Positions 1 to 15,830 of a stretch of DNA of 64,000 nucleotides are shown piece after piece (the first letter of the stretch is position 1; each line of letters opens with the position of its first letter). The notes below the pieces were generated by a model. That model was not told the DNA's origin, made no database searches, and was given only the letters and a program-made list of their open reading frames with translations. The stretch lies in NCBI RefSeq assembly GCF_009914755.1, contig NC_060944.1; one strand, written 5' to 3'. The stretch comes from the human T2T-CHM13v2.0 reference genome, Homo sapiens. The position numbers and the translations under genes are program-made.

Positions 1-1620
<1,620 letters not shown>

Positions 1621-1659
1621 GTGTACTTTAAAACTGTCGCAGCTGAACCAGGCAAGGTC

Positions 1660-1930
1660 ACGTGCACTTGTAATTCCAGCTAGTTGGGAGGCTGAGGCAG
1701 GAGAATCACTTGAGCCCCAGGAGTTCGAGACCAGTCTGGGCAACATGGTGAGACTCTGTCTCTACAAGAAAGCACAAAAATTAGCTGGATGTAGTAGTAC
1801 ATGCCTGTAGACCCAGCTACTCAGGAGGCTGAGGCAGGAGGATTGCTTGAGCCTAGGAGGTTGAGGCTGCAGTGAGTCGTCTTCTGGGAGACAGAGTGAG
1901 AACCTGTCTCAAATAATGATAATAATAAAA
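1660..1930 (+). mobile_element. AluJ-type element
   Basis: Diverged Alu with gaggattgcttgagcc right arm. Confidence 0.8.
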
Positions 1931-2479
1931 ACGTAACTACCACATCTATGCAGAGGTTCTCCCACACTAAGCGGGTATCAGCGCAGAGGAGTCAGCAAAG
2001 CCCACTGAGGAGTGGCCAGTGAAGTAGGAAGACCCACATGTTAGGAGGAACCGTGGGAGGATTGGGTTTTAAGGAGACAGAATGGTGTCAGTGCTGCTGG
2101 GAGCTTGAGCAAGCCAGGATAAGAAAGTGTGCCCTCGGCTTTCTACCATGGATGTCAGCGGTGACCTCGCCAGAAGCATTTCACTGCAACCTGGGGCAAA
2201 AGTCAGATTGGAATGGACTGAAGAGTGCATGGGAGGAGAGGAATGAAGGCGGTGAGTGTAGATACCTCTTTTGAGAAGGGTAGAGGTGAACAAAGAAGGT
2301 GGTGGTGGCTGAAGAAGGATGTGGGGTGACAGGAGGAATTGTTTTTGGACAGGAGATGTACAAATGTGTTCTCATGCTGGTGGAAACAGTGCAGTAGAAA
2401 GGGGGAATCGGGGGTTCAGGACAGCGATGCAGAGGCCACGAAGACAGGAGGGGCGTGGTTCAGGCAGGGGCCCCGTAGA

Positions 2480-2870
2480 AAACAGAGGACATCTTCAAAC
2501 AGGGGAAATGGAAGACGGTTCAATAAAGGGACTCTTTACCAAGCCACAGGCAGGATGCAGGGACATCCCAAGGCAGAGAGGAGTACCCCAGGCCTGAAGT
2601 CTTGAGATCACAGGGTCATGAGAGCAGATTCAGGAACCTGGACAGAGGTGGTCACTGCCAGCCGTGATGACTCGCAGAGAGGAGCTGAGGGAAGTCAGTC
2701 CAACATCACTGTTGCTCTCCCTCCTCTCCCGCCCCTGCTTCCTACTTGCCTAACTTTCCGAAGCCAGAGGGCATGAGCCCCGGGGGGTGGAGCCAGCAAG
2801 TGAGTTTCCTGGGGTGCAGAACAACATGGAGAAGGGGGAGGAGCACCTAGAAAGGCAACCTGAAGAGATG
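2480..2870 (-). mobile_element. Old ERVL-type LTR remnant (LTR33-like)
   Basis: Resembles LTR33 reverse strand (...tttccgaagccagagggc...ggggtgcagaacaacatggagaaggg); weak recognition. Confidence 0.35.
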
Positions 2871-4486
2871 TGGAGACGTGGCATGGAGCAGGTGCAGAGG
2901 GCACATGGAGGGCTTGGCCGTGGGGTTAGGACACGCCCTGCATTGGTCCGCATCAGCAGTATGGAGCGGTTTTGCAGCATTGAGGTGGGGAGTGTGGGCT
3001 TTCATCTCTGAAAGCTGCTATCTTCTGAACGAACCATGAGGTGATGTCATTGGCTGAGAGGGAGCTGGGGAAAGGATGTGAGAAGGGTGAGAAGAGAGGA
3101 TGAAAAGATGCAATTGTCTCCACAGGGAGCAGGAAGCACTCAAGAAATATAATAGGACCCTGGGCAGCACGGAGTGCCCTCCTGGGCTTTGCGGTCCTGA
3201 CATTAAAGTGTAACCAGTTGGCCTCATTGTGAGATCGCCTCCAGCTGGCAGACCCAGAGAAGTGCAGAAGGGGCTCATCCAGGCCTGGGGTTTGCAAAGG
3301 GAACACACAAGTAGAGGAGAAGAGAGGAGAACAGGGAAGGGATCAGATACCAGATTGCTGCCCAGGCGCACACACAAACACGGACATGCATAGAAGGCCA
3401 TCAGCATTTGCCTACAAACATAAACATAGGCATGAACATAATAGTGAACATGTCTGAGGCAAACATCCAGATTCGCCTGGGCTTAAACTGCACTCACATG
3501 TGTGGTAATCCCACACCACGTGGACACAGATGCCCAGGAGAGTGAATATCCACATGCATATAAACAATCGGCTGCATGGATTTGTGCAGGCAGACACAGG
3601 GCAAACATGCAGTCTATGCGGGATACAGACGCATGAAGAGATCTGCACACAGACCTGAGTAAAGAACTCATGTACTGAAAGCGGCCTGAGTTGACGTGGA
3701 GATACCTGCTGTGTCTATGCTCATTTGCATGTGGAAATAAGTAGCTTAATAGAGTGGTTACAACCACAGAATCTGGAACCAGATGGCCTAAGTTCAAATC
3801 TAGGCTCTGCTCTGACACATATTAGCTGAGGTTTCACTAAGTTACTTAACCTCTCTGTGCCTCGATTGCCTCATCTGTAAAGTGGGGATAATAACATCAC
3901 CTTTATAGAGTTGTTGGAAGATCCAGGGAATTATACCACACTGTCCTGGTTCGCCTCCTATCTCTTGGGCTGCTTCTTCTCATGTCCCTTGCTGGTTTCT
4001 CCATGTTGCCCAGTATCTAAACCTAGTCCCTGGGCCTGTTCTCTGATCTGTCTACCCACACTCCCTTGCTGGTATCATGCAGTCTGCAGCTGGGGACTTA
4101 CGTCACTTGATCCTTTCACTGTCCGTCACTCCCATCACAATCGCACCTCCCTCCGTACCTAGTGGTGATTCCCTGGTTCATCATTAGGAGAACTTTCGTG
4201 CCTGCACATTCAACTCCCTGGCCCTCCATACTTGCTTTGCAAAACCTCAAACCTTGTTGAACCCAGCTCTCCACCTACTCAGCGCCTTCACCTGTGAAGC
4301 TATATGTGGCTGGAGAAACACACAGGATGCTGGCAGGACTCACTTTGTATTCATGACTGCAAGCCTTAGGTGACCTCAATGCTGCCCCAAGCCTCCCCCC
4401 TTCACTCTCTAGATGACTCCTTTATGCCTTCTTCCTCCTCCGCCCTCCAGCCACCTCCCCCACATCCTCACTCAGAACTGATCACT

Positions 4487-4537
4487 TTAGGTTAGTGCAA
4501 AAATAATTGTGGTTTTGGCCATTAAAAGTAATGGCAA
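4487..4537. mobile_element. MADE1 (Hsmar1-derived mariner MITE), one arm truncated
   Basis: ttaggttagtgcaaaaataattgtggttttggccattaaaagtaatggcaa matches MADE1 TIR plus centre. Confidence 0.85.
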
Positions 4538-4607
4538 TATATCACTGAGAAAATCAAAGCATTAGAAAGAGATCTTCACAGCTCTGATCCCCACAACGAC
4601 CCACCCA

Positions 4608-4762
4608 CTGTATATCATCAATTCTAAGATGCATCTTTGTTAGACCACATCTTAGCATCTCTGAAACTGGAATGTTTATTCCAGTCAATAGTTTAATTCT
4701 CCTTTCTTACTTTTGGATAAGTGTCTTATATTTAATAGTAACTTAGATTTGATGAAATACGG
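4608..4762 (+). mobile_element. MER104-like Tc2/mariner MITE
   Basis: Terminal inverted repeats ctgtatatcatcaattctaag ... cttagatttgatgaaatacgg followed by TA. Confidence 0.75.
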
Positions 4763-5549
4763 TAGTATATATGCCCTCTTGTTACCAAGGGATGGACTGT
4801 TCTTGTCCTTGTCCAAGGATGGAAGGGATTGTCCTTTAAAACCAATCCCTTCCCTAGTGCACCAGATCCCATCCACTCTCATCCCTGTAAGAACACCACA
4901 TCCGTAATTCTATCCACTCTTCCCCATAGAATCTTTCCCTTCTCTGTGGCATCATCCACAAACACATGCTATTTTATTCCTCCCAACTTATGAAAATGCT
5001 CTTGACTTGTCTCTCACTACTGGCCCATCCTCCCCATTCTAGCAAAATTCTGTGGCAGAATGATCTTTGTTCACCATCTCCAATTCCTCTCCTCCCTTTC
5101 TCTTTGAACTCCCTCCAAACCAGCTTTTAAGTCAGCATTCTACTCCAGCTGCTCTTGCCAGGGTCGCCAGTCGGTAAACGCAGTCACCAGTTCTCAGGCC
5201 TCCTATTTGACCTCAACACAGCATGTGAACACAGCTGAGCACTGTCTCCTCTTCGGAACCCTGTCCTAAGTTGACTTGCTGGACACCACACTCTCCTGGT
5301 TCTTCTCCTACCTGAAAGGCGGCTCCTTCTTATCATCTTTGCTGGTTTCTCTTGGTGTCAATATTTAAAGTTTGCAGAGGGACCCCGGGTTCAGTCCCTT
5401 GCCCTATTTCCAAGTCTGGCTACACTGATACTGTCCACTCTCCTGGCTTTAAATACCACCTCCACATTGATGGTGCTTCTCTGAGCCTGGAACCTGCATC
5501 ACTAACTCCCAACTCATTATCTCCCCTCGGGGGCCCATCAGGTGTCTTC

Positions 5550-5858
<309 letters not shown>

Positions 5859-6704
5859 TCATCAGGTGCCTTGAAGATTACCTATTCAAGGATAACCTTC
5901 TGATGAGAGCCTTCATTACACTTTACCCCTTTCCCTGTGACTATGAGCCTCTTGAGGGGAGACATTGTATTGTGTCGTGTCTTCATGCCCAGCACATACT
6001 GCCAGGTAACCACTTGCTAAATGAATGAATCCGTGACCAAGAAGATGTAGAGCAGAAGGAGGGGGCTCAGGTTTTGACGGTAGGGAGCACTGGACTCATG
6101 GAATTCCTGAACTGAAAGGAACAACCTGTTCAAAGGTGCGGGGGCAAGCCTCCCAGGAAAGCAGCCATCACAGGAAGGGAAGGGAGAGGGGAGAGCATTC
6201 CGGGCATGGGGTACAGCAGAGACAAAGGCCCGGAGGCTGAAGTGGCAGCTTGTTGGGGAAGACAGTGGACCAATGGGCAATTCATGAGGAGTCAAGATTA
6301 TAGACATATTAAAGCTAAACTCACTCTTGAAAGGGCTTAACGTCTAGGCACAGGAACTTGGACATTAAGGTGTAGTCAGTGGGGGAGAATTAAAGATTTT
6401 TGAGCAAAGAGGAGATGTAAGAGACCAAAGATGCTCCAGAATTTCAGGTCAAAACAACTAGGAGAAAATATTGCACAAACAAGTGTTTTCTAAAAATGCA
6501 GGCTAATTTTTTCTTTCTTAATCCCAAATGCAATAGTCAAGCTAAATTTAGATGACACAAAAACATGGTGATAAATAATGTAAAACCACGTTGTGTGAGT
6601 TATCCTCTTTTGATTACATCAAAGAAAGAGTATTAGTAAGATGTTAGTGCTTAACCCCTTTATAATATGTGTTTAACATCTGCCCCTTTCTTAAAATCAA
6701 AATG

Positions 6705-7297
<593 letters not shown>

Positions 7298-7339
7298 TTA
7301 TAGTGAATCATTTAATACTACTGTTAATGATACAGTTTA

Positions 7340-9050
<1,711 letters not shown>

Positions 9051-9057
9051 TTTGCAC

Positions 9058-9383
<326 letters not shown>

Positions 9384-9634
9384 TGATGTATCAGCTGTAA
9401 AATGAGGATAAGAAAACAAAAGAATAAAAAAAAAGAAAAACAGTCGATTTAAACAAAAAAATAATAATAGAAGTAGCATGAGGATATGGCAAAAATCACT
9501 GAAGTTGTACAGGAATGAGTAACCCTCAGAAAATACTGGGGCAGGCATGCAGAAGCCAGTGGAGCTCATGGAGAGAAGCAAGTGTGTGTGTTAGGGGAGG
9601 CTGATCCCCTTGCCTCCTCTTTCTTCCACTCTAG

Positions 9635-9978
9635 GGCAGAAATGCGAGCTGTGGCTCTGTGGCTGTGCCTTCACCCTCGCTGATGTCCTCCTGGGAGCCA
9701 CCCTGCACCGCCTCAAGTTCCTGGGACTGTCCAAGAAATACTGGGAAGATGGCAGCCGGCCCAACCTGCAGTCCTTCTTTGAGAGGGTCCAGAGACGCTT
9801 TGCCTTCCGGAAAGTCCTGGGTGACATCCACACCACCCTGCTGTCGGCCGTCATCCCCAATGCTTTCCGGCTGGTCAAGAGGAAACCCCCATCCTTCTTC
9901 GGGGCGTCCTTCCTCATGGGCTCCCTGGGTGGGATGGGCTACTTTGCCTACTGGTACCTCAAGAAAAAATACATCTAG
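9635..9978 (+). CDS. GDAP1L1: GDAP1L1 terminal coding exon: end of GST-C-like domain, hydrophobic domain and C-terminal tail anchor
   Basis: Acceptor ctAG|GG at 9633-9634 (phase 1); peptide GQKCELWLCGCAFTLADVLLGATLHRLKFLG...SFFGASFLMGSLGGMGYFAYWYLKKKYI* is the GDAP1L1 C-terminus; GST N-capping box T-L-A-D; stop TAG 9976-9978. Confidence 0.96.
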
Positions 9979-11031
9979 GGCCAGGCCTGGGGCTTGGTGT
10001 CTGACTGTCGGTGTCTCTGTGCTGTGTGATTCCCCGTGAGCTCTCAGTAACTCACTGTCTCATGAACACTTGGACAGCCCTCCCCGCCCTTCGTTCTGAG
10101 TAATAATACCGTCAGTGTGAAAACATTCCGTAGTTTAGAAGTAGACGTTGCCAATGCTGTGACTCAAGGCCACGGCTCTACTAAAAGAGAGAGAGGAAGC
10201 GAGAGAGAGAGAGAAAAAACAAAAAACAGAAAACACGAATGCCTTTTCTATCGATTCAAGGTCTCAAGATGGAACTGTGGAGACTGGTTAGGATCTGAGG
10301 TGAGTCCCAGGATGTTTCGTCCACCAGGGCCCAGATTCTGGGAGGTGCTGGGGACTCAGAGGGCCTGACCCCTCACCTCCCCTTCCCTCTTGCCCAGGGA
10401 ACTCTTCCACAGGACAAAGCCGACATCAAGACTCAACTCCTCTAACCGGTACCTCTGAATGGGGCTGGATAACCGGAGACCCCATGGGAGGTCCCTGAAG
10501 ATCAGAAGGGGCTTCACGCTTCTCCTGGACATGGACTAGCTTGAGCCAAGGCAGTGGCACCCAAAAACCAGGCTGCAGTGGGGACGGATACCATGAGCAC
10601 ACCCTCTCATTGTCCTTCTGATTTGGTCCATGTGTTGGGTTTGGCCTTAGTAGAAATCTCTGAAGGCAGCAGCCATCATCCTCTTCCTACCTTGAGTTTT
10701 TCTACCCTGTGAGGTGGGACTTTCAGTAAAAGCCATGTTGACCCTCTCTCAGAAGGTCAGTCCAGCCCAAGTGCAGGGGCGGATCTGGAGGTGGACAAAC
10801 CTAGGTCCCCCTCCTAGCCTCTGTCCAAGCCATCTCCTTCAATATCCCCCCCTTCCTGTCACTCCCGGGGCTGTCCCTGTACTACACGGTGCCATGGAGC
10901 CGGGGAGAGCGGGGAAGTCTCTGCATCCATGCCACCCACCCCAGTCGGGTCTCACTTTCCTGTGCCTTTTGCATGTTGGGAAAGGGTCTTGGTGTCACTG
11001 CCGCTCATGCATAGAAACCACCAAAAGCCCC

Positions 11032-11037
11032 AATAAA
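11032..11037 (+). terminator. Proximal polyadenylation signal, GDAP1L1
   Basis: AATAAA followed by U-rich gttgcttttcatttct about 20 nt downstream. Confidence 0.7.
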
Positions 11038-11324
11038 GCATCCAGGAGGAACAGTTGCTTTTCATTTCTAAACCTGTGCTGTCCATCTAGTTCTCATTGC
11101 CAAGTGCTGGAGCCAGAAGGGTAGAGATGTGAGGTTTCAGTCTCAGTTCTTCACAAGAGCAAGCAAGAGTTGACTGCCTGTCTCAAGTTGCTGGGTCTGG
11201 GGCTGGCTTCCAGACTGACTTTCCAGGGCTCTGACCTTAACATCAACCCAGCTCATTTAGGCTCAGCCCTTTACAGGTTACAGGGCATGTGTACAACCCT
11301 TTGTTCTCATTAACCTGTGCAAGG

Positions 11325-11460
11325 GCCAGGTGTAGTGACTCATATTTATAATCCCAGTGCTTTGGGAGGCCAAGGCGGGAGAATTGCTCCAGGCCAGGAG
11401 TTCAAGACAAGCCTGGGCAATATAGCGAGACCCCATCTCTAGAAAATAAAATAAAATAAA
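11325..11460 (+). mobile_element. FLAM/Alu left monomer with (AATAA)n tail
   Basis: Monomeric Alu body; tail contains AATAAA three times (11445-11460). Confidence 0.85.
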
Positions 11461-11604
11461 CCTATATATGGACCTCAGGGGGCACCCAGGGCACATGCCC
11501 CCCACCCCAATTTCCCAGAGGGAAAAATGTATTTAAAATGCCCAAAGAACATTAAATCAGGAGTATAATGTGTAGAATATAAGGCATGGTTTTACTTATT
11601 TTGC

Positions 11605-11610
11605 AATAAA
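11605..11610 (+). terminator. Distal polyadenylation signal, GDAP1L1
   Basis: AATAAA preceded by TGTA elements and a U-rich run, followed by tctttttt. Confidence 0.65.
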
Positions 11611-11759
11611 AAAAAGTATTAAGAATTTGCACATCTTTTTTCATCAAGGTAAAAAGAAAGCTTAGTCATCCAGGGCCAAGACAGGGCAAAGGTGGAACTT
11701 AGAGACCATGAACACTGTCTGGCACCATCCATCCCCTTGGCTAATCAACCATTCACACA

Positions 11760-12055
11760 GGCTGGGTGTGGGCTCACGCCTGTGATCCCAGCACTTTGGG
11801 AGCCCAAGGCGGGTGGATCACGAGGTCAGGAGTTCAAGACCAGCCTGGCCAACGTGGTGAAACCTCGTCTCTACAAAGAATACAAAAATTAGCTGGGTGT
11901 GGTGGCGCATGCCTGTAATCCCAGCTACTCAGGAGGCTGAGGCACAAGAATCGCTTGAACCCAGGAGGCAGAGGTTGCAGTAAGCCAAGATGGCACCACT
12001 GCATTCCAGCCTAGCAACAGAGCGAGACTCCATCTCAAAAAAAAAAAAAAAAAAA
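11760..12055 (+). mobile_element. AluS-type element
   Basis: Full Alu with A tail. Confidence 0.9.
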
Positions 12056-12343
12056 TCAAACATCCACACAGACTCTCCCCATTCTTCATTCAACTTCCAC
12101 TCAAGAACAACAATATAATACTCAATCCCCACAGGATTTACTGCCTCCTGCAATGAGGACGTGCTAAACCTCTCTCCAAAAATGAGACTCACAAAGCCCC
12201 ATCGGTCAGTAACATCACTCTGGATAACGGTGGATTCTCTTCTCATTCCTCCTCTAGCTCTAGAGATCACACCCACACCTCAATCTACTATAATATTCAG
12301 ATGAAAACATAAATTTGACCATCACTAGCATTCCTTATATTCA

Positions 12344-12346
<3 letters not shown>

Positions 12347-12380
<34 letters not shown>
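12347..12380 (+). repeat. (AC)17 microsatellite
   Basis: Direct reading. Confidence 0.95.
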
Positions 12381-12382
<2 letters not shown>

Positions 12383-14529
12383 CAAGCAAAGAAAATACTC
12401 AGAACTGCTATAGGTCTCATTTCTGTAATTGATTCCAAGGCCACTGTTGATATTTACAGTTTCTCTTTTTTCACTAGCTATTCTAGGTTCTCTTTGCCCT
12501 CAGCCAGCACCTCAGTTAGTTAGCGTATTTAACCTGGTGACATGACTCAGACTCTGGTGGTCCTTAGATTGCTATGGTCTTCCATTACTATTGGATGTGG
12601 AAGTATTATGGGGCACTGCAGACAATCCCCTATTCTTCCATGCTATCATTGTGCAGGAGCAACCCAGTTTAGCCCTGGTAATCAGCTCAATTACCCCAGC
12701 CTGTAGAGAAACACACTACTTTGCCTGTAGTTTCAAGGGTATGAGGAGCTCAAAATGGCCAAGTGGCAGTCTCAACTTCTAACTTAATTGAACCATTGAA
12801 TTATTCCTCAATAGATGTACTCCTCCCTTAGGAGCTATAATTTCTAAGCTATCAAAATCCACAGTGTCAGGGATGGGAAGCAACAGTTTTATGAATGGGT
12901 TATTTGTATAATAGTGAGAGTCACTTCCACTTCCACCTTGGCATTGTTAGACCCGTGTTCTCTGGCAGTGGGAGAAACAGCACTGTGGTTGGTTCAAAGT
13001 ACATACTGTATCCTGTAGGACAGCACTCCACATTGCAGTGTCTCCTGGCTGCCACTGTACCAGTCTTCAAGAGACCATTTCAGTGTTCGATAAGACCAGC
13101 TGCTTCTAGATAAGAGAGTACTTTCTTCTAGATAAGAGAGTACATGGTAAGGCCACAATATCCCATGGGTATAACCACATTGCTGAATTTCTTTTGCGAT
13201 AATATCAACTCTTTGGTCAGAAGCAATGTTATGTGCAATACCAACACTGGAACCAAGGCATTCATAAGTCCATGGATATAGTGGTCGGAGAAGGCAAACC
13301 CATAGAGAGAATAAGTGAGTACAAACTGCTGCTTCCTCTGTGATGGAAGGGGTTCAATATGATCTATCTGCCCTCAGAGAGCTGGTTCCTATGGCGAATG
13401 GTGTCATATTAGGAACTGTGCACACGGGGCACTCTGCAGTGGCATTCACTAAATCAGTCTTAATCAGAGGAAGTCCGTGTTGTTGTATCCATCTATAACC
13501 TCTAGCTCAATTACCATGGCCCTTTTGTACATCAGCCTATTGAGCAAGCACTGGAGTGGCTGGGGAAAGAGAATGACAGACAGCTACAGAACAAGGCATC
13601 TTGTCCATTGGTTTCTTGAACAATGGTTTCCTCTGCAGTGGGTACTGTTTGAGGGAACATGTGCATAGGACACAAATATCCTCCCATTCTGTGTCCACTG
13701 TTAGGGGTCCATCCACATTCCTTCTCCCACAGAGCTCCTGGTTACCAATCTTCCAGTCTTCTTTCCATGTTCATAAGCATCCGGCCAAACCATCCGTCCC
13801 ATGAATATGTACAGATTTATATTCCTGGACTTCTGTCTCTATCTTGATAGGGCAGACAAGCAGACATACTGCTTGAAATTCTGTTCACTGCGAGGATTTG
13901 CCTTCTGCAATGTCTTTCGGGGAATTCCTGTAGTGCTGCAACCATCCACTTCCAGGTGGTGCCAGGCCTGAGTCTTTCTTCCTCCATCAACTGATTATAG
14001 GGCATTTGCCAAGAGGCCTCTGGTGTTGACTGAGGAAGAGGCAGCAATGTGGTGAAATAGATGCCATCGTCTGAGCTGTATCACTTTCACTTGATGATAG
14101 AATGATGCTGCCATATATGCCTAGCTTTATGGCTTGATGGATCAGATGATACCAAGTTCATGATGGGGAGATCAGGTTGCATAGTCACCTGGTGTCTCCT
14201 GGTCAGGCGTGTAGTCTTTACCAGGGCCCAGTAGAAAGCCAGATGTTATTTCTCAAAAGGACCATTATTGTTTGCAGAAGAGGACATGACTTTGTCCCAA
14301 ACCCTAGGGATGTGCACTGAGATTTTCCTATTAGGGCTTGCTGGAAGCTCCATACTGGATGCCTATGTCATATGTGATTTAAATACCACTGGATCTGCTG
14401 GGTCATAAGGCTGAACTCGCAGAGCATCTTATACTGTAGCCTGAATTTGCTTTGGGATCCATTCTAAACTGGCAGTCTTATGGGTTACTCAGTAAATGGT
14501 TTGGAGCAGTGTACACAAATGGATGTATT

Positions 14530-15414
<885 letters not shown>

Positions 15415-15830
15415 CTAGACCAAGAGCTGGATACAAAGTGCTAAATACTGTGTTGATTTGCATTAATAAAGAAACCACATCTGAAAAAACTGCGGTTTGA
15501 ATTACCACCTGAGGGGGTTCACAGTAAAACCTTATCCTTCTTCTGAACCCATCCCTTTTACAGTATTGCTTTTAGTTTACTAGTCTAGTGTGTGAGGTGG
15601 TGGTGGTGTGAAGTTCCAGGAGCTTTCTCTTCGTCCTTTTACCTAAGTAGTCCTCATTCCATGGGTCAAGGAGTCCTGTGTAGGCTCCACTAGCTGTTAA
15701 ATTTGTTTGTTCCAATAACATATTCAGGACCTGGGTTAAAAATCACAGATGGGTCCACAGAGCCACTGGTCCACTCGCTATGAGATGTTTTCAAACCAAA
15801 ACTCCATTTATCACCTAATCCCAATAAGCC

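Larger units (their letters stand above)
3930..5520 (+). mobile_element. LINE-2 fragments hosting MADE1 and MER104
   Basis: L2-type pyrimidine-rich text (ctctcctggttcttctccta; ggctttaaataccacct). Confidence 0.6.
9979..11630 (+). other. GDAP1L1: GDAP1L1 3'UTR (short end about 11055, long end about 11630)
   Basis: Largely unique sequence after the stop, with AATAAA at 11032-11037 and 11605-11610; exact ends inferred. Confidence 0.7.

Noticed and set aside
2193-2205. DR1-like GGGGCAAAAGTCA, and TCAAGGTCA copies elsewhere (~32035, 59623)
   Set aside because: Within or near L2/MIR-derived or unremarkable sequence where such words are common; no supporting context
2951-3180. Two REST/NRSE-like strings (tcagcagtatggagcgg; gggcagcacggagtgccc) in a neuronal gene intron
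   Set aside because: Too many mismatches at core positions of TTCAGCACCACGGACAGCGCC
9610-9634. ORF-track start MPPLSSTL ahead of the GDAP1L1 peptide
   Set aside because: Intronic polypyrimidine tract read in frame; the real exon starts after AG at 9634
9976-10030. Possible stop-codon readthrough of GDAP1L1
   Set aside because: TAG-GGC is not a recognised leaky context and the extension has no evident signal
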